Below, piece after piece: positions 27,842 through 36,945 of a stretch of 54,090 nucleotides of DNA (position 1 is its first letter; every line of letters begins with the position of its first letter). Source of the DNA: Candidatus Moraniibacteriota bacterium (lineage in GTDB: Bacteria; Patescibacteriota; Minisyncoccia; Moranbacterales; UBA11712); the NCBI GenBank assembly GCA_028716005.1, contig JAQUQQ010000002.1, positions 1-54,090 on the forward strand. The letters run 5' to 3'. Below the pieces are notes generated by a model. The model did no database searches. It was not told the DNA's origin and was given only the letters and a program-made list of their open reading frames with translations. The position numbers and the translations under genes were made by a program.

Positions 27842-28843
27842 ATGTATTGCTTGGTTGATTTCCGAAACCGCCCCCAATACAAATATACTTTTCCTAAAAT
27901 AGAAAAGGCGCGCGAGTGCCTCCGAAAGATCAAAAACAACCCGTTGGGCGTGACGGTTTTTTTTGCCGACGGCCGGAGAGAATATTTTGAAAACGGGCTG
28001 CCTCGAAGCTTTTTTGCTTCATCCAGAAAAATCACCCGGATCAAAAAGGGCTGCCACGCGAAATACCAAATTCGCGAAATGAACAATCTTGACGGAGTCC
28101 TCAAGAAACAGTCCCGAATGGAAACCGCGAGCGCCGCCAATTGGCGAAAAAAATCCGTCCTCTCTCTTTTTATGCTCGGCAACCGGAAAATTTATGCCGG
28201 CCTGGCTGTCGTTTCGCTCCTTATGTTTTCTTCCTCATTCTATTTCCAAAAACAATCGAGTCTTGGCGCCGCCGCGAATCCGGAAGGCGTCGGGAAAACT
28301 GAAGGGCAAGTCGCCGGCGCTATGGACGCCAAAACGGAAGGGGATGGAGAATCCTTGAATCTGGCTGACGAGGAAATTGTCATGAATCTCATTGGAAAAA
28401 TCGCTGACGCGAAATCGGAAGAATTTGAAACCGAGCTTTTGAAATACGTCAAAGGCCGGCCAATGGAAGATATGGCTCCCTACATTGCCAAACAGCCCCG
28501 GATCGTTGCCGCCTTTCTGGTCGGGATAGCCATGAAAGAAAGCAAGTTTGGAACCTATTCCCCGAAACTCGACGGTCAGGACTGCCACAACTATTGGGGA
28601 TTCAAGGGAGGCGGGACAACCGCTTCCGGCGGATATACTTGCTTTGGAACACCCAAGGAAGCAATTGAAGTAGTCGGGAAAAGGATAGCCAAATTGGTTG
28701 ACGGCGGCCGGACCAACCCGCAGGCTATGGTCATTTGGAAATGCGGCTCGTCTTGCTCCTGGGATAACCCCGAAAACGTCCGCAAATGGATCGCCGACGT
28801 GGGAGTGAACTTCTATAAAATAAATTCAAAGGAGAATTCGTGA
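27842..28843 (+). CDS. Membrane-anchored protein with Cys-containing C-terminal domain (possible GH73/glucosaminidase-like wall hydrolase), paralog 1
   Basis: 333 aa; start uncertain. C-terminal VAAFLVGIAMKESKFGTYSPKLDGQDCHNYWGFKGGG...WKCGSSC...FYKIN. Confidence 0.5.
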   Translation: MYCLVDFRNRPQYKYTFPKIEKARECLRKIKNNPLGVTVFFADGRREYFENGLPRSFFASSRKITRIKKGCHAKYQIREMNNLDGVLKKQSRMETASAANWRKKSVLSLFMLGNRKIYAGLAVVSLLMFSSSFYFQKQSSLGAAANPEGVGKTEGQVAGAMDAKTEGDGESLNLADEEIVMNLIGKIADAKSEEFETELLKYVKGRPMEDMAPYIAKQPRIVAAFLVGIAMKESKFGTYSPKLDGQDCHNYWGFKGGGTTASGGYTCFGTPKEAIEVVGKRIAKLVDGGRTNPQAMVIWKCGSSCSWDNPENVRKWIADVGVNFYKINSKENS

Positions 28844-29033
28844 TTTAGGCTTGTATAAGCCAAAAATACCAAGTCATACAAAGCCCCTTGACGCCCCGGG
28901 CCGCTTCTGCTAGCATAACCCTTGTCAACAATAAATGGAGTAGCTATTAGTGCTATTCTTTTTTTGTTGGTCGCAGGCGAAAAGAGGCTTCAAAAGGTCC
29001 TTTAGCCGAAGATAATCCTTGAAATATCTGCCA

Positions 29034-29897
29034 ATGAGTAGCTGGAGTAAATCCGCTTTTTATGGGGGGGTTTATACCAAAACTCAAAAACAGGAAAATT
29101 GCCTAAGTTGTGATATCAAATACGAGTGTAAATATCGCAAATTCGCTGCCCAGCTTGAAAAATTCAAAGATCTCTCGGAAACCGGCTGGGAAAAAACAAA
29201 GTATTTTTCAAAGGTCTATAACAAAAAACTGAAAAACCATATATGGAAAAAGCAGGAAGTCTACCTGCCGGTTTTGATCGCGGTCACGCTTCTCGCGCTG
29301 GTTTTTGTCTCGAAAACCGCTTTTTCAAAAACCGCTGATCCGACCAACAATCTGCCGGTTGAGGATAAATATAACGTGAAGCTTATCGGAACGAACTTCA
29401 CGAGCCAGACCGGAAAACTGTGCTCAAGTGAAAATGAGGAATATCAGAAAGATCTGGCCAAGAGCGCCGAAGCGCCCGACGCGAACGATCTCAAAAAAGA
29501 CGTTCAGAAAATCGTGAAAAATACACCCATGGCCGCCATGGTAGACCCGATTTCTGAAAAAGACCGGACCGTGGCCGCTTTCATCGTCGGAATTGCCATG
29601 AAAGAAAGCAAGTTCGGAGTCTATTCTCCCAAACTTGCCGGACGGGACTGCTACAACTACTGGGGATTCAAAGGGGGCGGAAAAACCGTCGCTGGAGGAT
29701 ACAGTTGTTTCGCTTCGCCTGAACAGGCTATTGACGCCGTCGGCGGAAAAATCGAAAAAATGGTCGCGAAAGGCGTCCGGACTCCCGCCCAGGCTATTTC
29801 TTGGAAATGCGGATCGTCCTGCGCCGGACACGGGCAGGCAAACGTCCAGAAATGGATTTCCGACGTCGCCATAAACTTCTATAAAATCAATTCGTAA
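29034..29897 (+). CDS. Paralog 2 of the 27842-28843 product
   Basis: ORF 29019-29897, first ATG at 29034. C-terminal VAAFIVGIAMKESKFGVYSPKLAGRDCYNYWGFKGGG...WKCGSSC...FYKIN. Confidence 0.5.
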   Translation: MSSWSKSAFYGGVYTKTQKQENCLSCDIKYECKYRKFAAQLEKFKDLSETGWEKTKYFSKVYNKKLKNHIWKKQEVYLPVLIAVTLLALVFVSKTAFSKTADPTNNLPVEDKYNVKLIGTNFTSQTGKLCSSENEEYQKDLAKSAEAPDANDLKKDVQKIVKNTPMAAMVDPISEKDRTVAAFIVGIAMKESKFGVYSPKLAGRDCYNYWGFKGGGKTVAGGYSCFASPEQAIDAVGGKIEKMVAKGVRTPAQAISWKCGSSCAGHGQANVQKWISDVAINFYKINS

Positions 29898-29907
29898 TAT
29901 ATCGACA

Positions 29908-29935
29908 GAAAAACGGCCCTTGCGGGCCGTTTTTC
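29908..29935. terminator. Bidirectional terminator between convergent genes
   Basis: gaaaaacggccc-ttgc-gggccgtttttc. Confidence 0.88.
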
Positions 29936-29949
29936 TTATCCAAAATATT

Positions 29950-29984
29950 GCGTTACCGGTTATGCGTTATGCGTTATGCGTTAC
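29950..29984. repeat. Heptanucleotide array, GCGTTAY family, 5 units
   Basis: gcgttac cggttat gcgttat gcgttat gcgttac; begins 5 nt after the rpoD TAG (minus-strand sense). Confidence 0.9.
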
Positions 29985-29988
29985 ACGA

Positions 29989-31272
29989 CTAATAATCCTT
30001 CAATTTATCCACCATTCCGCTCTCGCGGATTTTGTCGAGGGCTTTGGCTTCAATCTGCCGGATACGCTCGCGCGTGACCCCAAATTCGTGCCCAACTTCT
30101 TCCAAGGTATGCGTCACTCCGTCCTCAAGTCCGAACCGGATTTTGAGGATTTTTTGCTCGCGGGGCGTCAAATCCTTGAGGACCAACTCCACGTGGTCCG
30201 CCAAGAGCTTTCTGGCCGCGTTGTGGTGGGGCATCACCGTTTCTGTGTCCTCAATGAAATCGCCGAGAATTGAGTCGTCTTCGCTGTCGCCCACCGGAGT
30301 TTCGATCGAAACCGTTTCCTGTGAAATTTTCATGATGTGGCGCACTTTTTCGACTTCGATTCCCATCTCCGCCGCGATTTCTTCCGGCAACGGATCGCGC
30401 CCCAAATCCTGAACAAGACGCCGCGTGGCTTGGGTATATTTGTTGATAGTCTCAACCATGTGCACCGGAATTCGGATGGTTCGCGACTGGTCGGCCAGCG
30501 CCCGGGTGATCGCCTGGCGAATCCACCAGGTGGCGTAAGTTGAAAATTTGTATCCTTTTCGATAGTCGAACTTTTCCACCGCCCGGAAAAGCCCGATGTT
30601 CCCTTCCTGAATGAGATCGAGAAGCGACAGATTCGTGCTGCGGCCGACATATTTTTTGGCGATGGAAACAACAAGCCGCAAATTGGCTTCAGTGAGTTTT
30701 TGCTTGGCCGCCAAATCCCCTCTTTCGTTTCTTTTCGCGAGCTGCACCTCTTCTTCGCCTTTGAGAAGCGGAACCCGGCCGATTTCTCGAAGATACATCT
30801 GGACTGAATCGGAAGAAATATCGCCGAGATCCAGCGGAACATCCATGTCCTCGACTTTCTTGTCCTTGTGGTCATCTTCGTGTTCGGCGTCCTCTTTGAT
30901 CACTTCGTCGGAACTCACCACTTTCACTCCGGACTTTTCCAGTTTTTCATAGAGTTTTTCAAGCTCGGCCACATTTTTCTCCACCTCCGGGATGATCTGA
31001 AGAATTTCGTCCTCCGTGACAAACCCTCTTTGCTTTCCGAGCTTCACAAATTCGTTGAGACTCCCTTTTCCCGTCGCCTCTTCTTCTTTTCCCTTTTTGA
31101 CTGGTTTCTTCGGTGAAGAGGACTTGCCAAAACGGCCGCGCCGTTGGGCGAGCTTTTTTGATTTCCTTTTCTTCGGGACTTTCTTTTTCGGTTTCCTGAC
31201 GGCTGTTTTTTTCTTTCCAACCTTTTTCTTCACAATTTTCTTCTTCGCGTTTTTTTTCTTCTTCTTTGCCAT
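29989..31272 (-). CDS. rpoD: RNA polymerase primary sigma factor with lysine-rich N-terminal tail
   Basis: 427 aa. [33 protein letters not shown]; the N-terminal ~60 aa are mostly K/R. Confidence 0.93.
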   Translation of the reverse strand: MAKKKKKNAKKKIVKKKVGKKKTAVRKPKKKVPKKRKSKKLAQRRGRFGKSSSPKKPVKKGKEEEATGKGSLNEFVKLGKQRGFVTEDEILQIIPEVEKNVAELEKLYEKLEKSGVKVVSSDEVIKEDAEHEDDHKDKKVEDMDVPLDLGDISSDSVQMYLREIGRVPLLKGEEEVQLAKRNERGDLAAKQKLTEANLRLVVSIAKKYVGRSTNLSLLDLIQEGNIGLFRAVEKFDYRKGYKFSTYATWWIRQAITRALADQSRTIRIPVHMVETINKYTQATRRLVQDLGRDPLPEEIAAEMGIEVEKVRHIMKISQETVSIETPVGDSEDDSILGDFIEDTETVMPHHNAARKLLADHVELVLKDLTPREQKILKIRFGLEDGVTHTLEEVGHEFGVTRERIRQIEAKALDKIRESGMVDKLKDY

Positions 31273-31289
31273 AAAAACTATTTATAATA

Positions 31290-33089
31290 CTATTCAAGCT
31301 GGCTCGACAAATTTTGGAATTCCTGAAGCAACGCTTTCGCCGCTTTTTTATCGCCGGATTTCTCGGCTTCTTTTATTTTTTTGGAGAATTCAACTGTCTT
31401 TTCTTTGATCCTCATGCTTCTATGCCTTTTCAGTGATTTTTTGAGATCCTCTTCCGGAAAAGGAATTCTGTTTTCATCCCTTTCCACTTCAATTTCAAAG
31501 ACAGCCTCGTCAATCAGCCTTTGGGCTTCAAAATCAAAAACCAAGTTTTTTATTTTCTCGGAATCTTCCCCCGGCTTTTCTTTTTTGATTCTTTCGATTA
31601 TTTTTTCTGTCTTGTCTGAAAATTCTTTCGGGTCGATAGCCGCCTTTTGCCTTTCCGTCTCCCGGGGAAAAGCGAGCAGAAGGCCGATTATTCTTCTTTC
31701 CACCGCTTTTTCTTTTCCCGCGCTTTGGAAAGAAGCGTTCTCCTTTTGCCCGGCAGCCGTTTTCGGTTCGCTTTTGGCTTTTCTCAAAATTTCGACCAAG
31801 GCTCCTTCCCCGACACCCAGTTTTTCGGCCAGCTTCTTGATCCAGTGCCCCTTTTCAACGGGGTTGGAGATATCTTTCAAAACATTCAAAAGTTCTTTGG
31901 CGATTTTTTTCTTGTCGGCCGGATTTTTCGGGTCATGCCGCGAAAAGGCGTCCTCAAAGAAATATTCAACGACTTCCCGGGCCCCTTCGACCGCCTTTTC
32001 CCAAACGGCCTTGTCTTCCCGGACAACATCCGCCGCGTCCTTGCCTCTTGGCAACAGGACTATTCTAACATTCAAATCATTCTCAAGGCAAACTTTGGCG
32101 CTTCTTCTGGCCGCCGTCTGCCCGGCCGCGTCCATGTCAAAGGCCATCTTGATATTTTCCGTATAGCGCCTGATGACTTTTATCTGTTCCGGTCCGAAAG
32201 CCGTTCCGGAAACCGCTATCGTGTTTTGCAATCCCGCCTGCTGGGAAGCAATCACGTCCATGTTTCCTTCCACTAGTACGACTTCATCCCTCTTTTTGAT
32301 TTCAGTTTTGGCAAAATTGAGCCCATAAAGCACTTTGCTTTTGTCATAAAGTTCCGTCTGGGGCGTATTTATGTATTTGGCCGTTTTTTCGTCTCCGCCG
32401 GGAGCCACCCGCGCCGCAAAGCCCACCACCCGGCCCATGATGTCTTGAACCGGAAACATAATTCTATCCCTGAATCTGTCGTAAGCGTTAGTATTTGGTA
32501 TCTTGTATCTGGTATCCGGTATTTTGTTCTCGGAATCCTTTTCGACCAGCAGGCCAGTTTTAGCAATGTCCTCTATTTTATAATTTTTCTTCTGTAGAAA
32601 CTCCAGCATATTCCTCCATCCTTCCGGCGCGTAGCCGAGGCGGAATTTTTTGATTGTTTCGTCCGTGAGGCCACGTCCCCGCAAATATTTCAATATTTTG
32701 TCTTGGCCTTTTCCCTCCCAAAGATTCTTTTCATACCATTTCGCCGCGAGTTCCAAAATGTTATATAGTTTCGGCTTTGCGCTTTCTTTTTCCCTATCGC
32801 CCTTCTCAAATCTTTTCAGCTCAATTCCGGCTTTTTGGGCCAGCTGTTCAAGCGCTTCCCGAAATTCAATTCCTTCCATTTCCATCACAAAAGTGAAAAT
32901 GTCTCCGCCTTTTCCGCAGCCAAAGCAGTGAAAGCTCCGTCGCTCTTCGCTCACCATGAACGAGGGTGTTTTTTCATTATGAAAAGGACAGAGAGCCCTC
33001 CAAGCGCTCCCTGCTTTTTGAAGCCGGACATATTCGCCGACCAGATCAACGACACTTATTCTGTTTTTTATATCTTCAACGTCGGACAT
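31290..33089 (-). CDS. dnaG: DNA primase
   Basis: ORF 31290-33107 (GTG), trimmed to the ATG at 33089 (MSDVEDIKNR). CHC2 zinc finger CPFHNEKTPSF...CFGCG; TOPRIM VLVEGNMDVIA. Confidence 0.92.
   Translation of the reverse strand: MSDVEDIKNRISVVDLVGEYVRLQKAGSAWRALCPFHNEKTPSFMVSEERRSFHCFGCGKGGDIFTFVMEMEGIEFREALEQLAQKAGIELKRFEKGDREKESAKPKLYNILELAAKWYEKNLWEGKGQDKILKYLRGRGLTDETIKKFRLGYAPEGWRNMLEFLQKKNYKIEDIAKTGLLVEKDSENKIPDTRYKIPNTNAYDRFRDRIMFPVQDIMGRVVGFAARVAPGGDEKTAKYINTPQTELYDKSKVLYGLNFAKTEIKKRDEVVLVEGNMDVIASQQAGLQNTIAVSGTAFGPEQIKVIRRYTENIKMAFDMDAAGQTAARRSAKVCLENDLNVRIVLLPRGKDAADVVREDKAVWEKAVEGAREVVEYFFEDAFSRHDPKNPADKKKIAKELLNVLKDISNPVEKGHWIKKLAEKLGVGEGALVEILRKAKSEPKTAAGQKENASFQSAGKEKAVERRIIGLLLAFPRETERQKAAIDPKEFSDKTEKIIERIKKEKPGEDSEKIKNLVFDFEAQRLIDEAVFEIEVERDENRIPFPEEDLKKSLKRHRSMRIKEKTVEFSKKIKEAEKSGDKKAAKALLQEFQNLSSQLE
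32489..32523. repeat. Heptanucleotide array (GTAT family, 5 units) in frame inside dnaG
   Basis: tagtatt tggtatc ttgtatc tggtatc cggtatt; translated as NKIPDTRYKIPNT just before the conserved YDRFRDRIMFP. Confidence 0.88.
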
Positions 33090-33098
33090 TGAATTCGC

Positions 33099-33126
33099 GT
33101 GACGCACAACGCAAAACCTATAACGC
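33099..33126. repeat. Heptanucleotide array, GCGTTAY family, 4 units, inverted orientation
   Basis: gtgacgc acaacgc aaaacct ataacgc; lies 10 nt upstream of the dnaG ATG. Confidence 0.7.
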
Positions 33127-33127
33127 G

Positions 33128-33146
33128 TTTGGAAAATATTTCTAAA
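33128..33146. repeat. AT-rich hairpin between the two inverted arrays
   Basis: tttggaaa-ata-tttctaaa (8 bp including one G-T). Confidence 0.6.
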
Positions 33147-33180
33147 CGTTCTGCGTTACACGTTCTACATTACACGTTAT
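33146..33180. repeat. Heptanucleotide array, GCGTTAY family, 5 units
   Basis: acgttct gcgttac acgttct acattac acgttat; overlaps the TAA stop (33177-33179) of the next gene. Confidence 0.8.
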
Positions 33181-33449
33181 GAGAAGCTGCTCGTTTTCGC
33201 CTTGATCCCTTTGAGCCTGTTCAGCTCCTTCGCGAGCAGATCAATCTCTTTCGCCGTTCCTTCCGCCGCGACAACAATCAGCGCCAGACAATTCGAAACG
33301 CAGTGCCGCTCCACATTCACCCCGAGCCGGGCCATGATGAGCCGCCCGTTCTTCGTCAGAATCCGGTTGACGCTTGCCGAAAGGCCCTTCCGGTCGCTCA
33401 CAAAGATCGTTATGGTCGCAAGATGCAATTTTTCCTTTTTACTCGGCAT
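33177..33449 (-). CDS. TM1266-like ACT-fold small regulator (iron-only hydrogenase system regulator family)
   Basis: 90 aa. Pattern ATITIFVSDRK...VNRILTKNGRLIMARLGV...LALIVVAAEGT...LAKELNRLKGIKAKT resembles TM1266 as I recall it. Confidence 0.45.
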   Translation of the reverse strand: MPSKKEKLHLATITIFVSDRKGLSASVNRILTKNGRLIMARLGVNVERHCVSNCLALIVVAAEGTAKEIDLLAKELNRLKGIKAKTSSFS

Positions 33450-33496
33450 ACTATTACTCTAAACGATAAGAGAAAAATACTCAAATTTATTCCTTT

Positions 33497-33540
33497 TTTC
33501 CAAATTTCCCCAATTTTCCAAATCTTCCTATTTTCCAAAC
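33497..33540. repeat. 9-mer tandem array at a gene junction
   Basis: tttccaaat ttccccaat tttccaaat cttcctat tttccaaac; contains the NUDIX gene stop (33528-33530). Confidence 0.7.
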
Positions 33541-34100
33541 AGCATTTTTTTGAATTCTTTCCTGAATTTTCGGTCGTACCGCGCCCGAACCAGCGTGTTT
33601 TTGAGCTCCCCTTCATAAAAATTTTTATCTTCGCCGAGAGAAAGAAATTCGCCAAAGGTCGCCATCCTCATTTTGATTTTTTCTCCCGTATCCGGATGAG
33701 GATTCTGCTTTTTTACGCAGTCGCGGGCGACGAAATTATGAACCGTCCAGACAATTTTTCCGTAAGGATTTATTTTCTTCCAGAGTTTCCATTTTTTGGA
33801 AACGTATCCTGTTTCCTCCAGAAGTTCCCGTTTGGCCGCCTCGAGAGGCGATTCCCCTTCGTCCACTCTTCCTCCGGCCAAAGTATTTTTGTGTTTTTTC
33901 CAATCCGGCTGTTTCTGCCGGAGCAAAATTATTTTTTCTCCAACGGTGCCAATCACATTGACCGTATCGGCCCTCACGAGTTTTTCGAAAATCGCCGATC
34001 TCCCATCAAACATTTTCTGCTTCCAATGCCACACGTCAAAAATGACGCCCTTGAAAACGCGCTTGGCGTTTTTTGGAAGTTTTTTTCTTTTTCGTGACAT
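33528..34100 (-). CDS. NUDIX hydrolase
   Basis: 190 aa. Nudix box GGRVDEGESPLEAAKRELLEETGY. Confidence 0.87.
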   Translation of the reverse strand: MSRKRKKLPKNAKRVFKGVIFDVWHWKQKMFDGRSAIFEKLVRADTVNVIGTVGEKIILLRQKQPDWKKHKNTLAGGRVDEGESPLEAAKRELLEETGYVSKKWKLWKKINPYGKIVWTVHNFVARDCVKKQNPHPDTGEKIKMRMATFGEFLSLGEDKNFYEGELKNTLVRARYDRKFRKEFKKMLFGK

Positions 34101-34107
34101 AGATAAT

Positions 34108-34482
34108 TTATGATTTCCAGAGCCCGTGCAGGTTGCAATATTCCCGCGCAGTGATGTCTTCCGCCTCGACGCAAAATTCGGCCTCGGGAGCGTCTCCCGG
34201 TTTCAAATATTTCCGATAGGCTTTTCCATCTGCGAGAATTTCGATCCATTCGATATAGTGGGCTTCCTCCATCGGATGCGGCACCGACCCGACTTTCACT
34301 CTGACGCCTTTTTCTGTTTTTTCTATGACGGGCACGTGTTTTTCAACCGCCGCGTCAACCGTATTCTCGATTTGCCGAGCCATCGGCTCGCCGCAACAAA
34401 CGAGCTCCCCTCCGCCCGGATGCAATACCTCGACAATATTCCCGCACTTGGCGCATTTGTAGATTTGGTTTTGTTCGGTCAT
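34108..34482 (-). CDS. dfx: Desulfoferrodoxin (2Fe superoxide reductase)
   Basis: 124 aa. Centre I CAKCGN...CCGEPM; centre [24 protein letters not shown]. Confidence 0.9.
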   Translation of the reverse strand: MTEQNQIYKCAKCGNIVEVLHPGGGELVCCGEPMARQIENTVDAAVEKHVPVIEKTEKGVRVKVGSVPHPMEEAHYIEWIEILADGKAYRKYLKPGDAPEAEFCVEAEDITAREYCNLHGLWKS

Positions 34483-34701
34483 ATATTTGGTTCAGTGATT
34501 ACGTTCTTTATTACTCTAACCTCGTCCAGTTTATTTCTCAACTTCCTCACTCCTATTTTTTTCTCCTAAGAGCCCATTTCGGCGATTCTCGGCACATCCC
34601 CAATTTTCGCTTTTCGAATATGCATATTCACTTGGTTGATTTTCTGACTGCTCTTGGCTGAACGCGAAACCACTCTCAGAAAAGGAGGTTTCTCATATAT
34701 G

Positions 34702-35442
34702 TCACTTATTTTTCCTGTATAACAATTTTTTCAATTTTTCAAAGCAGTTCCAAAATATATTGCTGTCGCAATCATCGTCGCGCCCTTTCTCAACGACGAT
34801 TCTGTATATGGGAGAGAAAAAATTTTTACCGTTTTTCGAATTGATGGTTTTTCTCAGACCGGACCTTGCCACTTCTTTCTGGTGTATCCTTATCGCGTCA
34901 TTTTTCAGCAGCTCCTTGATTTCGGCTGATTTCATCAGAAATTCATACGCCGGGTTGATTCCGAAATTGGAGCGCTTATTTTCTTCGTCCGGAAAAGTTT
35001 CAAACGGTCCGATAAGCGCGATTCCCCCGTCCTTCATCACCCGAAATATTTCCAGAACCATCTCAACAAAGGCTCTCTTTGATGGAAGATGATCGTAAGT
35101 GTTGAGGCAAAGAACCCTGTCAAAACGGTTATCCTTGAAAGGCATATCCTGCCCTATTCCCGCGACCAGGCCGTATTCTTGGGCAAACCGTTTCACCAAT
35201 AACCTATGGTTTTCAATCGAAAAGTCGGGGCTCAAAGAAACAACATCGGCATCAATTTTGGCGTTCTTTAGCCCCCTTGCCAGCTTGATTTCCGGACCGC
35301 ATCCCAAATCAAGAACCCTTATTCCCTCAAGATCTTGCCTTCTGAAGCCAAGCGTCTTCTCATAATCATCCAAACTGCGTCCTCCTTCGGGCATTAGCGG
35401 GTGTTCTATTGTCCCTTTTTTCCATTCCAGATTATTCGCCAC
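34702..35442 (-). CDS. Class I SAM-dependent methyltransferase
   Basis: 246 aa. Motif I VLDLGCGPE; FDRVLCLNTYDHL. Confidence 0.8.
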   Translation of the reverse strand: MANNLEWKKGTIEHPLMPEGGRSLDDYEKTLGFRRQDLEGIRVLDLGCGPEIKLARGLKNAKIDADVVSLSPDFSIENHRLLVKRFAQEYGLVAGIGQDMPFKDNRFDRVLCLNTYDHLPSKRAFVEMVLEIFRVMKDGGIALIGPFETFPDEENKRSNFGINPAYEFLMKSAEIKELLKNDAIRIHQKEVARSGLRKTINSKNGKNFFSPIYRIVVEKGRDDDCDSNIFWNCFEKLKKLLYRKNK

Positions 35443-35454
35443 TGGATTTTTCTT

Positions 35455-35477
35455 TTCCTAATCTCCGAGATTAGGAA
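35455..35477. repeat. 23-nt palindrome TTCCTAA-N9-TTAGGAA
   Basis: ttcctaatct-ccg-agattaggaa, 13 nt upstream of the methyltransferase ATG; a sibling lies at 9976-9998. Confidence 0.75.
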
Positions 35478-35614
35478 ATTTATTTAATAAAAAATTTATC
35501 AACGTTTTTTTCTATGTATATTCCCGAAAACCGTATTTGTTCGGGGCGTTTCTTGCCCGTCAATTCCATTGAGATACTGAACTGGGTCGAGGACGGTCCT
35601 CGACTGAAATATTT

Positions 35615-36202
35615 TTACATTTCCAACTTATCGCTGATCCCCTGCAGCGCCTGAAGACCGATTTCAAGGAAATTTTCGAGTGAGATTCCGGCTTTTTCGC
35701 ATTCGCGGATGAGTTCCCGGTCGCATTTCGCGGCGAAAGATTTGTCTTTGAATTTCTTTTTGAGAGATTTCAACCTGACGCTCGCAAGTTTTTTGTCGGG
35801 TTGCACAAGTGCTGATGCCACGATAATCCCGGTGAGAGTCTCGGCCGCCACAAGACAGTGCTCAATTTTTGTTTCGCGTTTTTTGCTGAGAAGTCCGGGT
35901 ATCATTTCATTCGCGTATCCATGCGACTGGATTGTTTCAATGAGATAATCGCTCGCTCCGGAGCCGCGCAAAATTTCCACGGCTTTCACGCAATGCTGAC
36001 TCTGATTTTCTTTGGTGAGGTCCCAATCAATGTCGTGGAGAAGCCCGATGATTCCCTATTCATCTTCATTTTCTCCCAAATGTTTCGCCACCGCCCGCAT
36101 AATCGCTTCTGATTCCAGAAGATGCATCTTCGTCACGGGGTCTTTGATATATTCGTCAACCAATTTGTCCGCTTTTTCTTTCGTGATTCCAAGTTTTTCC
36201 AT
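35615..36202 (-). pseudogene. HD/HDIG-domain phosphohydrolase interrupted by one in-frame TAG
   Basis: Manual translation from the ATG at 36202: MEKLGITKEKADKLVDEYIKDPVTKMHLLESEAIMRAVAKHLGENEDE*GIIGLLHDIDWD... The TAG is at 36056-36058 and the same frame continues to 35615. Confidence 0.75.
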
Positions 36203-36203
36203 A

Positions 36204-36935
36204 TCAATTTTCCAAAATATTTTTCACATACTCATATTCCGCTTTCATTTGCCCGGCGCTTTCACAGTCGCTTTCGATAATGATCGGCAGATGCTGTTTA
36301 TCTTTCACGAAGTCTATAATTTCATCCTGCAAAGTTTCGACAAGCGGCCGATGTTCATGTTTTGTCACTTGCGGATTATATCCGCTCAAATGGATTTCGA
36401 CGATTTTTTCTTTGAATGCTTCGCATAGTTCCTCAGGCAGATTTTTTCTTTCGCCGTTTGATTCAAAAGCGTGTTTCACATCGAAAGTCATTTTGAAGTC
36501 CTTATTTTTCTCGAAAATACCCTGTAGCTGTTCCGGCAAATAGAACGGCGATGGATTATCCTCACTCATATTTTCCACTGCCAGATCGAAAGAAAATTCA
36601 TCGAAAACTTTCCAATCCTCTATTTCTGACGGGTGAACTACAAGATGTTTGCACCCAAAATGATCATAGGCTCTTTGAAATTTACGTAGAGCGTCACGAT
36701 GTTTCGCGTCTTTTCTGAACATAAAGCCGTTTCCCGGGGTGTGAAGGGAAACATATTCAAAGTCATCCAACTTCTCTCCTGATTCTATCAAGTCGCCAAG
36801 CAGATTGATTTCTTCATCAGTCTTGGCACTAAGTTCAATCACGTTGCATCCAATTTCGCGGCAAATGTCAATTATTTCTCTCGAAATGGACGGGGTTTTG
36901 CGAAAAATCGCTCCTGTTGAAAATCCTAAAAGCAT
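36204..36935 (-). CDS. Xylose-isomerase-like TIM-barrel protein (sugar phosphate isomerase/epimerase family)
   Basis: ORF 36204-37094 trimmed to the ATG at 36935 (MLLGFSTGAI), because the longer form overlaps ahcY. LVVHP, VENM, EIHLSG. Confidence 0.65.
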   Translation of the reverse strand: MLLGFSTGAIFRKTPSISREIIDICREIGCNVIELSAKTDEEINLLGDLIESGEKLDDFEYVSLHTPGNGFMFRKDAKHRDALRKFQRAYDHFGCKHLVVHPSEIEDWKVFDEFSFDLAVENMSEDNPSPFYLPEQLQGIFEKNKDFKMTFDVKHAFESNGERKNLPEELCEAFKEKIVEIHLSGYNPQVTKHEHRPLVETLQDEIIDFVKDKQHLPIIIESDCESAGQMKAEYEYVKNILEN

Positions 36936-36945
36936 ATATATTTTT

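Noticed and set aside
27815-27858. SD (aaggag) followed by a 9-codon GTG uORF (MKIRYVLLG) overlapping the ATG at 27842
   Set aside because: It is too short and unsupported. It may just mean the annotated start of the paralog-1 gene is wrong.
35615-36202. The in-frame TAG might indicate an alternative genetic code
   Set aside because: TAG terminates rpoD, ruvA, pyk, ahcY, the GIY-YIG gene and the DUF3048 gene at sensible positions. All other long ORFs are intact under the standard code, and TGA and TAA are also used as stops.
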